Of a stretch of 64,000 nt of DNA, positions 52,210 through 61,917 are shown in pieces. The notes beneath the pieces are model-generated. The model did not search any database, was not told where the DNA came from, and saw nothing but the letters and a program-made list of their open reading frames with translations. Made by a program: the position numbers and the translations under genes. Every line of letters starts with the position of its first letter. The first letter of the stretch is position 1. The stretch lies in the NCBI GenBank assembly GCA_963707985.1, contig CAVPRW010000014.1, forward strand, positions 64,001 through 128,000, given 5' to 3'. This stretch comes from an uncultured Nitrospinota bacterium (GTDB lineage Bacteria > Tectomicrobia > Entotheonellia > J063 > CAVPRW01).

Positions 52210-53994
52210 ATGCGTTCGCGTCACGATTTGCGGAATTTAGCGATTATCGCGCACGTCGATCACGGCAAGACCACCCTGGTCGATGCCATGCTCTGGCAGA
52301 GTGGTGTGTTTCGAGTCAACGAGCAGGTCGCCGAGCGGGTGATGGACAGCATGGATCTCGAGCGCGAAAAGGGCATCACCATCATGGCCAAGAACACAGC
52401 CGTGACCTATAAGGGCGTAAAAATCAATATCGTCGATACTCCTGGGCACGCCGATTTCGGAGGGGAGGTCGAGCGCACCTTGAATATGGTGGACGGCGTC
52501 ATGCTCCTGGTCGACGCCACGGAGGGACCGCTGCCCCAGACCCGATTCGTCCTGGGCAAAGCGCTAGCCAGAGGTCTACCGCCGATCGTGGTGATTAATA
52601 AGATTGACCGCGCCGACCGCCGGATCAGCGAGGTCCTGGATGAGATCTATGACCTGTTTATCGATCTTGAGGCACCCGAACACCAGCTCGATTTTCCCGT
52701 CCTGTATACGAACGCCAAGGCCGGGATCGCCCTCACCGATCCGGATGGACAGGGGAAAGATCTGGGGCCGCTGTTTGAGACCATCCTGTCTGCCATTCCA
52801 GCCCCATCCTGGGATCCGCAAGCCCCTTTGCAATTCCTGGTGACAAACCTGGATTACAATGACTATGTTGGTCGTCTCGCCGTCGGCAAACTCGTGAACG
52901 GCACCTTACGGCTTGGGCAAGAGGTGGCGCTCTTGAAACATGGAAAGCTTGACAGCAAAGCCACCCTCAGTCAGGTGTACAGCTATGAGGGGCTGAATCG
53001 GGTGAGTCGGGAAGCCATCGAGGCCGGGGATATCGCCGCGATCGCTGGTATACCTGACGCCTTCATCGGGGATACGGTGGGTGATCTGTCCGATCCCAGG
53101 CCGTTGCCGACGATCATCGTGGAGGATCCGACCCTGTCCATGGTGTTTTCGGTCAACACGTCCCCGATAGCCGGACGGGAGGGCAAGCTTCTCACCTCGC
53201 GCCATATCAAAGATCGCCTCGATAGAGAGCTACTCTACAATGTCAGCATCGGTGTCGAGGAAACCGAGAGCAAAGACGCCTTTCGGGTGAGCGCCAGGGG
53301 CGAGCTCCAGCTCGCAGTGCTGGTGGAGATGATGCGCCGAGAGGGCTTTGAGCTCTCCTTGTCCAAGCCGAAAATCATCACCCGCACGATCGATGGGCAA
53401 TTGATGGAGCCGCTGGAGCTTGCCGTGGTCGATATTCCAGAGACCTATGTCGGTGTTGTGACCGAGAAAATGGGTACCCGCCGCGGTCGCATGTGTAAAA
53501 TGGTCAATCACGGCTCTGGCCGGGTACGGCTGGAGTTCGAAGTCCCTTCCCGCGGTCTGATCGGCTTCCGCGGCCAATTTTTAACCGACACCAGAGGCAC
53601 AGGACTCTTCAATACGATGCTGGTCGGCTTCACGCCCTATGCCGGAACCATCCCGAGCCGGCCGAATGGTGGTCTGGTGGCCGATCGCCCCGGCAAGGCG
53701 GTGTCGTACGCTATCTTTCACCTGCAGCCCAGGGGAACGATCTTCGTGAATCCGGGGGACCCGGTCTATGCCGGCATGATCGTAGGCGAAAATTCCCGTG
53801 GGGATGATCTACGGGTCAATATCACCAAGGAGAAGAAGCAGACCAATATGCGCGCCGCCGGCTCTGACGAAGCCTTACGACTGGTGCCGCCGCGCCAGTT
53901 CAACCTCGAGCAGGCGATGGAGTACCTGAACGATGATGAACTGGTCGAGGTCACACCAACCTCTATCCGACTGCGAAAAATGCAGCTCAAGTGA
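52210..53994 (+). CDS. typA: Translational GTPase TypA/BipA
   Basis: Motifs [54 protein letters not shown] and DDELVEVTP. Confidence 0.98.
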   Translation: MRSRHDLRNLAIIAHVDHGKTTLVDAMLWQSGVFRVNEQVAERVMDSMDLEREKGITIMAKNTAVTYKGVKINIVDTPGHADFGGEVERTLNMVDGVMLLVDATEGPLPQTRFVLGKALARGLPPIVVINKIDRADRRISEVLDEIYDLFIDLEAPEHQLDFPVLYTNAKAGIALTDPDGQGKDLGPLFETILSAIPAPSWDPQAPLQFLVTNLDYNDYVGRLAVGKLVNGTLRLGQEVALLKHGKLDSKATLSQVYSYEGLNRVSREAIEAGDIAAIAGIPDAFIGDTVGDLSDPRPLPTIIVEDPTLSMVFSVNTSPIAGREGKLLTSRHIKDRLDRELLYNVSIGVEETESKDAFRVSARGELQLAVLVEMMRREGFELSLSKPKIITRTIDGQLMEPLELAVVDIPETYVGVVTEKMGTRRGRMCKMVNHGSGRVRLEFEVPSRGLIGFRGQFLTDTRGTGLFNTMLVGFTPYAGTIPSRPNGGLVADRPGKAVSYAIFHLQPRGTIFVNPGDPVYAGMIVGENSRGDDLRVNITKEKKQTNMRAAGSDEALRLVPPRQFNLEQAMEYLNDDELVEVTPTSIRLRKMQLK

Positions 53995-54032
53995 GGCACA
54001 TTGCCTGTTTGGACGTGAAGGAGAAAGCATCC

Positions 54033-54602
54033 ATGCCGGACCTGCCGATCAGCTATTTTCCAATTATCGAACGCCAGCAGGGCTCGGAGGACTTGCAAAA
54101 ACTCTTCGCCGAGCTGGAGTCGACTCTGGGATTCGTGCCCAACGTCATTCGCGCCTTTGCCTGGCGTGAGCCACGCTTTTGGAAATGGTGGGCGCACCGC
54201 AATGACCTCATGGCGCCGAGTGAGGGGCTGTCGAAGGCTGACCGCGAGATGGTCGCCCTAGTCGTGTCGGCGGCCAACGATTGTCTATATTGCATGACCT
54301 CGCACGGCTACGCTGTACGCGTCCTGCTTGGAGATCCGGTCACTGGCGAGCGTATCACGCTCGACTACCGCCGTGCCGGTCTTGACGCTCGCACGCTGGC
54401 CATGCTCGATTACGCCGTGAAGATCACCAGGTGTCCTGCCGAGTGCTCGCTGGAGGACGTCGAACGCCTCCGGAAACATGGTTTTCATGACGAGGACATC
54501 TGGGATATCGCGGAGATCGCTGCGATGTATAACTATACCAACCGCCTGGCTTCCGCCACCGGCATGCTCCCCAATCCAGAGTATCACGGCCTGGCCCGCT
54601 GA
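54033..54602 (+). CDS. AhpD/CMD-like peroxidase-related enzyme
   Basis: Motifs LGFVPNV, REMVALVVSAANDCLYCMTSHG and YNYTNRLA. AAGGAG before the ATG at 54033. Confidence 0.92.
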   Translation: MPDLPISYFPIIERQQGSEDLQKLFAELESTLGFVPNVIRAFAWREPRFWKWWAHRNDLMAPSEGLSKADREMVALVVSAANDCLYCMTSHGYAVRVLLGDPVTGERITLDYRRAGLDARTLAMLDYAVKITRCPAECSLEDVERLRKHGFHDEDIWDIAEIAAMYNYTNRLASATGMLPNPEYHGLAR

Positions 54603-54699
54603 AGGCCGCTCCCGCGACAGAGTATTTGCCCTGAAGAGGTGAAACGTGCGACATTGCAACCCTGTTCTGTAACCCTGTATCCGCAAAGGAGACTCGTAG

Positions 54700-55317
54700 A
54701 TGCAAATCGACCCGCAGACCGCGCCCCAGCAATCGATCTACAAACTGCTCATAGGCTGTGTGGTACCTCGTCCGATTGCCTGGGTGTCGAGCCTCAGCGA
54801 CGATGGCATTGCCAATCTGGCACCGTTCAGCTTCTTCATGGCCGTCTGCAATGATCCCCCGACCGTGGCCTTTTCCTCGGGCCGTCGGGCTGGAAACAAG
54901 AAGGACACGATACAAAACATCGAGCACACGCAGGATTTCGTGGTGAACCTGGTCGATGACGCGCTGGCGGAGCAGATGAACCTCACTTCCGGTGAGTATC
55001 CCCCGGAAGTCGATGAATTTGCCGTCACCGGGCTGACAGCGGCTGCCAGCATCAAGGTCAGGGCGCCGCGCGTGGCCGAAGCGCCCATCAACATGGAGTG
55101 TCGGGTGGTGCAGATTCTCCCTGTCGGGCATGGCCCACATACGCTGGTGTTGGGTGAGATCGTGCAATTTCATATCCGCGACGATCTGTATAACCCGGAT
55201 ACCGGTCGTATCGACATGTACAACCTGCATCCCGTTGGGCGACTGGCTGGCGAGTTGTACACCCATGTGCATGATATCTTCGAGATGAAGCGCCCGGTGG
55301 AAAATTATCGAGGCTGA
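54700..55317 (+). CDS. Flavin reductase family (DIM6/NTAB) protein
   Basis: Motifs YKLLIGCVVPRPIAWVSS, NLAPFSFF, KDTIQNI and PVGRLAG. Confidence 0.92.
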   Translation: MQIDPQTAPQQSIYKLLIGCVVPRPIAWVSSLSDDGIANLAPFSFFMAVCNDPPTVAFSSGRRAGNKKDTIQNIEHTQDFVVNLVDDALAEQMNLTSGEYPPEVDEFAVTGLTAAASIKVRAPRVAEAPINMECRVVQILPVGHGPHTLVLGEIVQFHIRDDLYNPDTGRIDMYNLHPVGRLAGELYTHVHDIFEMKRPVENYRG

Positions 55318-55520
55318 GGGGGAAGCTCACAGAGTAGATGGAGCTATGCAGCCCGATCGCAACAATGTCTGAGGGGCGCATCTGGTGAGGAGTGTCATGG
55401 AAACTGGCGTCACTCCTGCCGGCCTATCCTACGGCTGCCCGCGGATATGGACCTGCAGGAGTGACGCCAGTTCTGATCACGTCGCTATCCAAGGCGACGC
55501 AGACCCGATATGGGGGCCAT

Positions 55521-57116
55521 CTAGTGTGTCCTGCGACGGCTCAGGGTGTCCTTAGGATTCTTGGGCTTCTTGAGCTTGTCGTTCAGATAATCCTCCATGA
55601 TCTGCTGTCGTTCCGGAAGGAACGTATCGAGCAGCGCGGGCGAAATCCTGAAGCGCTCCTGGTTGTCGACGACCTCCACAGCACGCTCTGTCACATGCGT
55701 AAACCCGAGTGATGGCGGCCAGGTGAAGCCGCCTCCGATAGCCATGTTGTTGAGCAGCTGATGGCAACCGGCGCATGATTGGGTTTCCGCTCGCAAGACG
55801 ATCTCGTCGGGTGTCAGCTTGCTGTCAAGATCGTTGAGCTCGGCTTGGATGGCGCTCCTAAAAGGTGTCGGCGTAGGGGGCATCAGGGACGTAAAATGAA
55901 GCAAGTAGTTATTCTCCTGTGACCCAGAGGCCTGGCTCTGACCAGTGTTGTAGGCATCCGGAACGTCGAACCGAATGTCACTCGGATCTTCGGCTGCGAG
56001 ACCTTTGCGAGATTCATTGACCTCATCTTTGTTAATCTGCAGCTGCGTCACGAAGTCCTCCTGATATCGTACTGCCTTGGGGTGAACCCGGCTGGGGTCG
56101 GGAATGTGCAGAGGCCCGAACGGATTCACTTTATTCGTGACCGGGATGAACTGCATGGCGGTACAACCCGTGCGGTTGCAGGTCCGGATAAGCTTGAATT
56201 CACGCAGGGACCAGATGGCAGTTTCGGGCTGCATGAATTGATTCGTCCGCACTTGCCCCGCCTGCTGAAAATTGTCACCGTAGTGACCTACATGGACGAC
56301 CGGTTCGACGTTTCCAAGCCCCTTGAAATAGAGCTTCTCCAGCTCATTGGCGCGCTTCTGGACATCGTCTTCCTTGGAAAGCTTAGCCCAGAAGTCGATG
56401 ATTTTTTTGCATCCAGCCAGTCCTTGATCCGGCTGCGGATTAGGCAGGATTGCCTCAAAAATGAGCAAATTTCTTTCCCGTCCATTATCGATACCGGATC
56501 GTTTCGCATACACGATCCGATACTCTCCACAGTGCGCTCCTCCAGACGGTGCCAGATCAAAGCGGTTGAAGAGGCCAATGGGGATGTACGCATCAGGATT
56601 GGTGTCGGGATCTTCAAAGGGATTGGCAGTTATCTGTCCACCTTCGGCTGGGTCGGGTCGACAAGTGTAGGGATAATCATTCAACATGGGATTTCCACCA
56701 CCGTCGACCTGGTCAGTACAGTGCGGACCCATCCCGAGGCTCGGATGAGGATTTTGGGTGTCCCACCACTGGTGGAATAGATCCAGCGGTGTCAGTCGAT
56801 GAACCCCACTTTGCTCCACGAGCTGACGCATCACTCTGGCGAAGGAAAAGCGGGACAGGATTGCCTTCTCGGTCACAACAAGCGAGCGCCGCGGCTCGAT
56901 CGTCACCCGTTTCTCTCCCTGTGCTGCATGACCGTTTTCCCCGGCGTACAGGATGGTCGCACATAATAGCGTCAAGACTAGCGGGCCTACCCGAGTTCCC
57001 CTAGCCGCCGTGAGATCTGTTATCGCAGGCATCGTCCATCTTGGAATGGCTACGAACAGTCGCTGCGCGAACAGGACGGCACGTGATCCGATGCTGAACA
57101 GCTTGCTCAGTCGCAT
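55521..57116 (-). CDS. Uncharacterised exported protein with a single C-terminal CxxCH heme-c motif
   Basis: AAGGAG before the ATG at 57116 and a hydrophobic export segment. Motifs NRFDLAP..GAHCGEYRIVY, IFEA.LPNP, GQVRTNQFM, W.LREFKL, SCAGCHQ and FTHVTE. Confidence 0.75.
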   Translation of the reverse strand: MRLSKLFSIGSRAVLFAQRLFVAIPRWTMPAITDLTAARGTRVGPLVLTLLCATILYAGENGHAAQGEKRVTIEPRRSLVVTEKAILSRFSFARVMRQLVEQSGVHRLTPLDLFHQWWDTQNPHPSLGMGPHCTDQVDGGGNPMLNDYPYTCRPDPAEGGQITANPFEDPDTNPDAYIPIGLFNRFDLAPSGGAHCGEYRIVYAKRSGIDNGRERNLLIFEAILPNPQPDQGLAGCKKIIDFWAKLSKEDDVQKRANELEKLYFKGLGNVEPVVHVGHYGDNFQQAGQVRTNQFMQPETAIWSLREFKLIRTCNRTGCTAMQFIPVTNKVNPFGPLHIPDPSRVHPKAVRYQEDFVTQLQINKDEVNESRKGLAAEDPSDIRFDVPDAYNTGQSQASGSQENNYLLHFTSLMPPTPTPFRSAIQAELNDLDSKLTPDEIVLRAETQSCAGCHQLLNNMAIGGGFTWPPSLGFTHVTERAVEVVDNQERFRISPALLDTFLPERQQIMEDYLNDKLKKPKNPKDTLSRRRTH

Positions 57117-57256
57117 GACTTGACTCCTTCTCTCCTCTGTCGCGAGGGCACACGAATGCCCGCTGTTGACAGAGATGGAATGTGTGAGCGCAGAGAGGAG
57201 AAGGAGCCAAGAGGAACCCTTGCAAAAGGCCACCACGAGGGTTTATTTTATAAAAG

Positions 57257-57340
57257 AGGGGCTCGCGGTTGGTAGTATCCATCTTCAACCCGATGGTGTG
57301 GCGCACCGAAAGCTCGGGTGTGGATGGCCGCTCAGCCCCT
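57257..57340 (-). promoter_or_regulatory. Five-helix structured leader or terminator-like RNA
   Basis: Nested pairs AGGGGCT/AGCCCCT, GCGGTT/GGCCGC, ATCCA/TGGAT, ACCCGA/TCGGGT and GGTGT/GCACC. Followed by CTTTT on the minus strand. Confidence 0.45.
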
Positions 57341-57440
57341 TCTCCACCAGGGTATAAGCTATATAGAGTGTGCTCCAGGTCACGAGCCTCGCGTGTTAGC
57401 TCATCGTCACCTCCTTGGGGATCCCCTTACCCCTCGACAT

Positions 57441-57980
57441 CTGCCGCCCCTTAAAGCACGGTTGGGTGCGAAGTCCCACCGGTCAGAAACACCGTGTGTG
57501 CCCCATAGGCCTGCCATACCAGCGTAAGCCTTTAGGGCATCGACTGGGTATGGGGGGACAGCCATGCTCTTAGGCAGCTAAGTCGGTCAGACAAGTTCCT
57601 TCGGGTGATCTTGCGAAAGTCAGAGCCCCCTCGTGCTGAGAGGGGTAGAGGATGGATCAGCAGTTGGGCCGCACCAGGCACCGAGACCGGGCGGGGGGAA
57701 CAGGCAGGGCCGGATAATCTAGGAACGAATGAGGACTTTCCGTCCTCTTCCTCATGAGCCTAATCCTTATCGGCAACAGCACCATCGTAGTCAGGAGCCC
57801 ATCGAGGACATCAGCCTGAGCGATAGGCAGTGAAAATTCAGGGCAAGTGTAACGGCCCAGACCCTTGCTGTCAACGGGAATGTTGCAGAGCCAAGAGAAA
57901 GATCACGAACATTGGAGCTGCGGCAGAAAGTGGTGGAAGGCCGCAGCCGACCAGCCGGGGAAGCCGGCAAGGACTCTTAG
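57441..57980 (+). mobile_element. Group II intron-like RNA (domains I-III) without an RT ORF
   Basis: TTAAAGCACGGT..GGGTGCGAAGTCCC..GGTCAGAA..ACCGTG, CCAGCGTAA..GCATCGACTGG, GGATAATCTAGGAACGAA and GCAGTGAAAATT..AAGTGTAA..GCTGTCAACGG. These recall chloroplast-like bacterial intron 5' domains, and several stems can be verified in the sequence. Confidence 0.6.
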
Positions 57981-58127
57981 AAGAAGTTCCTGGACGTTAG
58001 AACCTTTTCCTGCTATGTCTCATTGGCTGTGGGAACGCAGACGTACTTGCCGCGTGACTGTTGTCATACTCGGGTAATTATCTGTTCGACCATTACCGCC
58101 GCTTCAGACTAGAGGGGGACCAAATCT

Positions 58128-58748
58128 ATGTCTACCGCCGAACGACTGACCATGCCACTTGGCGAAGCCATCTTTTCACTAAGGGCTATTCGACGTCTGA
58201 AGCCCGATCCAATTCCTGATGCTGACCTACGAGATATCTTGGAAGCCGCCATCCGCGCCCCAAATGGCGGCAACACGCAACCCTGGCACTTTGTCGTGGT
58301 CAAAGATTCTGACATACGGGCGGAACTCGGCTCACTGTATCATGAGGCTTGGTGGGCCAAGCGACGCGATGCGGGGATTCAAAGGCCCGAGGATCTGCCA
58401 CGCAATTATCGCCTGTCTATGCGTCTGGCCGATGAGTTCGGCCAAGTCCCGGTGGTGGTCCTTGTCTGCGCCACGAGCAAAGGGTCTGGTGCCGTGGGAT
58501 CGGTGATTCCAGCCGTGCAGAATCTTTTGCTGGCGGCCCGTGCGCTGGGCGTTGGCGGCACCATTACTACCCTGCATTCCGTGGTGGAAGAACGGGTGCA
58601 TAAACTGTTCGGCATTCCTGCCACCGCCCAGGTGGTCTACTGTATCCCCTTGGGGTACCCGCGAGGACATTTCGGCCCCAACCAGCGTAAACCTCTCACC
58701 GAGGTGTGTTCCTACGATCATTGGGATAAAGAGCCCCCCTGGCGCTAG
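58128..58748 (+). CDS. Nitroreductase family protein
   Basis: Motifs RAIRRLKPDPIP, APNGGNTQPWHFVVV, AVQNLLLAARALGVG and IPLGYP. Confidence 0.93.
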   Translation: MSTAERLTMPLGEAIFSLRAIRRLKPDPIPDADLRDILEAAIRAPNGGNTQPWHFVVVKDSDIRAELGSLYHEAWWAKRRDAGIQRPEDLPRNYRLSMRLADEFGQVPVVVLVCATSKGSGAVGSVIPAVQNLLLAARALGVGGTITTLHSVVEERVHKLFGIPATAQVVYCIPLGYPRGHFGPNQRKPLTEVCSYDHWDKEPPWR

Positions 58749-59011
58749 CACCGGCTATACCTCCTGGACCACTCCCGGCCGAATCCAATCAGGCTAGGGG
58801 AGAAACCGGAAGTTGAGCTATGTTTGGGCCTTGAATCAGCTTGACGGCGATGCAATGTGGGCCGTCACGCCTAGGACGAGCGCGACGGCGCGGCAGCGCG
58901 TACTTTGAACCAAACGTGCGAGCATGGCGTACAATACATGGTCCTGCAGTCAGGTGGTAAGGTCCATCGTGCACACGAGAGCGCCTGTAGAACATGAGAA
59001 GGGAGAAACGC

Positions 59012-59536
59012 ATGCCAAGAGGGGTGTTGAACTTGCAAGACCCAGCTGATCTCCAGGCCACGAAAGGGCAGTGGCGTTTTGCACCAGGTTTGGTCCCTGG
59101 CGAACCAAATGAAGGCTTTGTGTCTCAATTAGCAGGCAGTCCAGCGCGTCTCGTCGATTACGATGACTCTGCTTGGGAAGTCCGGAACGATTTGACACTG
59201 TGGCATTCGAAGGGGTTTACGTTCGCGTGGTACCGCATCAAGGTCACGCTACCGGAGATGGTTGGGGGGAGAGACATCCGCGGGTCACGATGTCTATTTG
59301 AGACCTGCATCGATGACTATGGCGAGATCTGGATCAACGGCGAATGCGACCGCGAGCGTGGTGCCATCCAGGGGTTCAACGTGCCGCAGCGCGTGGTTAT
59401 GACCACCGAATCGCAACCGGGTCAAACTTATACGATTGCCTTGCTGGCTGCGAACGGCCCGTTGGCCGCGCCGGGTGGTGCCGTCTTTGTACGCTATGCG
59501 TTCCTAGCGTTTGAATGGCGCACCCCAGGGTATTAG
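59012..59536 (+). CDS. Stand-alone galactose-binding-like (GH2 sugar-binding type) domain protein
   Basis: QWRF, DYDDSAW, AWYRIKVTLP and IDDYGEIWING. No catalytic domain and no signal peptide. Confidence 0.65.
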   Translation: MPRGVLNLQDPADLQATKGQWRFAPGLVPGEPNEGFVSQLAGSPARLVDYDDSAWEVRNDLTLWHSKGFTFAWYRIKVTLPEMVGGRDIRGSRCLFETCIDDYGEIWINGECDRERGAIQGFNVPQRVVMTTESQPGQTYTIALLAANGPLAAPGGAVFVRYAFLAFEWRTPGY

Positions 59537-59716
59537 CAGGTATAAGGGTGCCAGGCGAACAGGGTCACCATGCAGGTGATGGTTTCCTGCAAGGCCGCTG
59601 AACAAGGGCTTGACCTAGCAATCCCCTCATTCTGCCGACAGTGGCTAATCCAAACATCGGCCGTCACCGCTGGCATTCATCGCCACGGTGACGGCGGCCG
59701 TTGTCGGACACGGCTG

Positions 59717-60689
59717 TTAGGCATTGCGCGCCAGCGCCGCCGCCTCGCGATACTTGCGGAGATTCCCGCCTTTCATGACTTTGCCCGGCAGGGGGTGTCC
59801 AACCATCCCTTCCGCCATTTTGGCGCAGTCGATCAGTTGGTCTAGATCGATGCCGGTCTCGATGCCCATCTCCTGGCACATAAACACGATGTCCTCGGAG
59901 CACACGTTTCCTGACGCCCCGGCATGGCCGGCAAATGGACAGCCACCCAGCCCGCCGACGCAGGCATCGAAGCTGTCGATGCCCATCTGCAGGCCAGCAT
60001 AGACGTTCGCCAAGCCGGTGCCGCGGGTATCGTGCAGATGCAGGGAGAAGTGTACTTCGGGCCAGCGTGCCTGCACTGCCCCGAGGACGCGTTTGATCTG
60101 CTCCGGGTTCGCCCAGCCCATGGTGTCGGCTAAGCTCACCTCTTGGAGCTGGAAGTCATAGGCTTTGGACAGATCCTCAAAGACCTGCACTAGACTCATG
60201 ACCCGATCCAACGGTATATCCCCCTCGAAGTTGCAGCCGAAGGCGGCCATGATGCCCCCCCCTTCGATCGGCACATCATTGTCTTTAAAAATCTTGATCC
60301 AGTTGGGCAGCATGTTGATGTTTTCTTGGATCGTTTTGTTGATATTGCGCTTGCAAAATGCATCGCTGGCCGTCAGGCTGAGGCGCCCCTTGACGTGAAA
60401 CTTTTTCAGTCGCCAGGGCCCGCAGCAGGCCCTTCTCGTTCAGATAGAGGGCAGTATAGCGTACGTCTGGGTTGGGAGTGAAGCTCGCCGCGATATCCTC
60501 GGCATCCGCCATTTGGGGCACCAGGTCTGGACGCACGAATGAGGTGACCTGCATCTCTTTGAGGCCCGTCGCCGACAGCGCCTCGATGAACTTGAGCTTG
60601 GTCTCCGTCGGAATGAATGTCTTCTCGATCTGCAGACCATCGCGGGGACCTTCTTCGTGCACTTCAACAAATTTCGGTAAGTCAGGCAT
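59717..60689 (-). CDS. HMG-CoA lyase family protein (frameshift in an A-run near 60403)
   Basis: Motifs EEGPRDGLQIE, TSFVRP..VPQMAD, LADTMG, LHLHDTRG and GGLGGCPF. Confidence 0.9.
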
Positions 60690-60782
60690 GATAGACTCCT
60701 TGACATGTGGCTATGCATGCGTCAGCCTGTTGCACAGGCATTCAGGATCAAGAAATTATGACAAACCGCCTTGAAGCATCAC

Positions 60783-60842
60783 ACTACAGATCCGCACAGA
60801 CGAACGCAGACTCTACGTGTGTATCCGTGCCCATCTGTGGTT
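60783..60842. repeat. REP-like palindromic element (ACCGCAGAT family), copy 2
   Basis: ACTACAGATCCGCACAGACGAACGCAGA paired with GTGTGTATCCGTGCCCATCTGTGGT. Confidence 0.65.
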
Positions 60843-60867
60843 CCGCCCAACTCTCAGCATTGAGGCG

Positions 60868-61356
60868 TCACTCCTGCGGTGCAACGAATGGGTAGGGCAC
60901 CGGCCGTCCGCCGCGCAACGGCAGGACGACGACAGCGGTGCCTGGCGTCGTTTCCTGATCGTCCTGGTTGCGCATACCGATGTCACATTCGATAAATCCG
61001 AGGCCATCACGGACGTACTTGTCGGTGATCTGGCCCCAGCAAGTTAGCGTGGCCCCGACGGGGTCCAGGGCGCGAAATTGATAGCGGACCTTCCACAGCC
61101 ACCCCCCTACACCACACCAATCCTTCAGCATTTGCACCAGGACTTGCTGCTTCCAGGAGCCTGCCACGATCACATCCGGTAGTTTATCATGTTCGACGGC
61201 ATAGGGGCGATCATAGTGAATGCGGTGCCAGTTCTCGATCGCCGCCGACCAGCGCATGAGATGCAACGTGGTCATCGGCCCCTTCACCAGCGGCGTGATC
61301 TCCTGGCCGACCTCAACATCCTCGTAGGAGAGTTGTTTCTGCGCCTCGGCCGGCAT
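60868..61356 (-). CDS. MaoC-like (hot-dog) acyl dehydratase subunit
   Basis: Motifs YEDVEVGQEI and RWSAAIENWHRIHYD...LPDVIVAG. Confidence 0.88.
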   Translation of the reverse strand: MPAEAQKQLSYEDVEVGQEITPLVKGPMTTLHLMRWSAAIENWHRIHYDRPYAVEHDKLPDVIVAGSWKQQVLVQMLKDWCGVGGWLWKVRYQFRALDPVGATLTCWGQITDKYVRDGLGFIECDIGMRNQDDQETTPGTAVVVLPLRGGRPVPYPFVAPQE

Positions 61357-61373
61357 CGGCACTCCTCCTTTCG

Positions 61374-61907
61374 TTAGCGCCGAATCAGCGTCAAGCGGCT
61401 GATCATCAGCAGCTCATCGTGCTGATTGGTGTAACGCGTCTCGACCACGATGAACACCATCGTGCCACTGCGTCCAGTCTTCTCGTAGATATCCAGATAC
61501 TTGGCGCGCGCCGTGATGCGGTCGCCAAGCTTGGGTAATTGGTAGAACTCCACCTCATTGCCGCCGTTGAGCAGGCGGGGTAGCATGGGCAGGGAAACAG
61601 GCGGCAGGCCTGAGGTCAGCAACCCCATGAAGCCGTCGAAATCGGGGTCGGTAGCGGCGGTAGCCAGCGGATCAGGGGAGCCAGGCGAGCTGCGATAAGC
61701 GAACAGCGGGAACAGCGGCGGCGCGACGACAGCGCCGTAGCGCGTATTCTTGACGTGGGTATCGTTCCAGAAGATCGGATCGTCGTCCATCACAGCTTGT
61801 GCGAAACGTCTGACCTCACTGCGTTCAACCGGCTCCCACGAGATCTGGGGCTCTCCTTCCAGGCCGATCAGCGCCTTGATCTCTGGAGTGATGTAGCTGT
61901 TGTCCAT
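61374..61907 (-). CDS. MaoC N-terminal / FAS1-like dehydratase subunit
   Basis: Motifs VERSEVRRFAQAVMDDDPIF, YGAVVAPP, LNGGNEVEF and GRSGTMVF...YTNQ. Confidence 0.88.
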   Translation of the reverse strand: MDNSYITPEIKALIGLEGEPQISWEPVERSEVRRFAQAVMDDDPIFWNDTHVKNTRYGAVVAPPLFPLFAYRSSPGSPDPLATAATDPDFDGFMGLLTSGLPPVSLPMLPRLLNGGNEVEFYQLPKLGDRITARAKYLDIYEKTGRSGTMVFIVVETRYTNQHDELLMISRLTLIRR

Positions 61908-61917
61908 CGGGCCTCCT

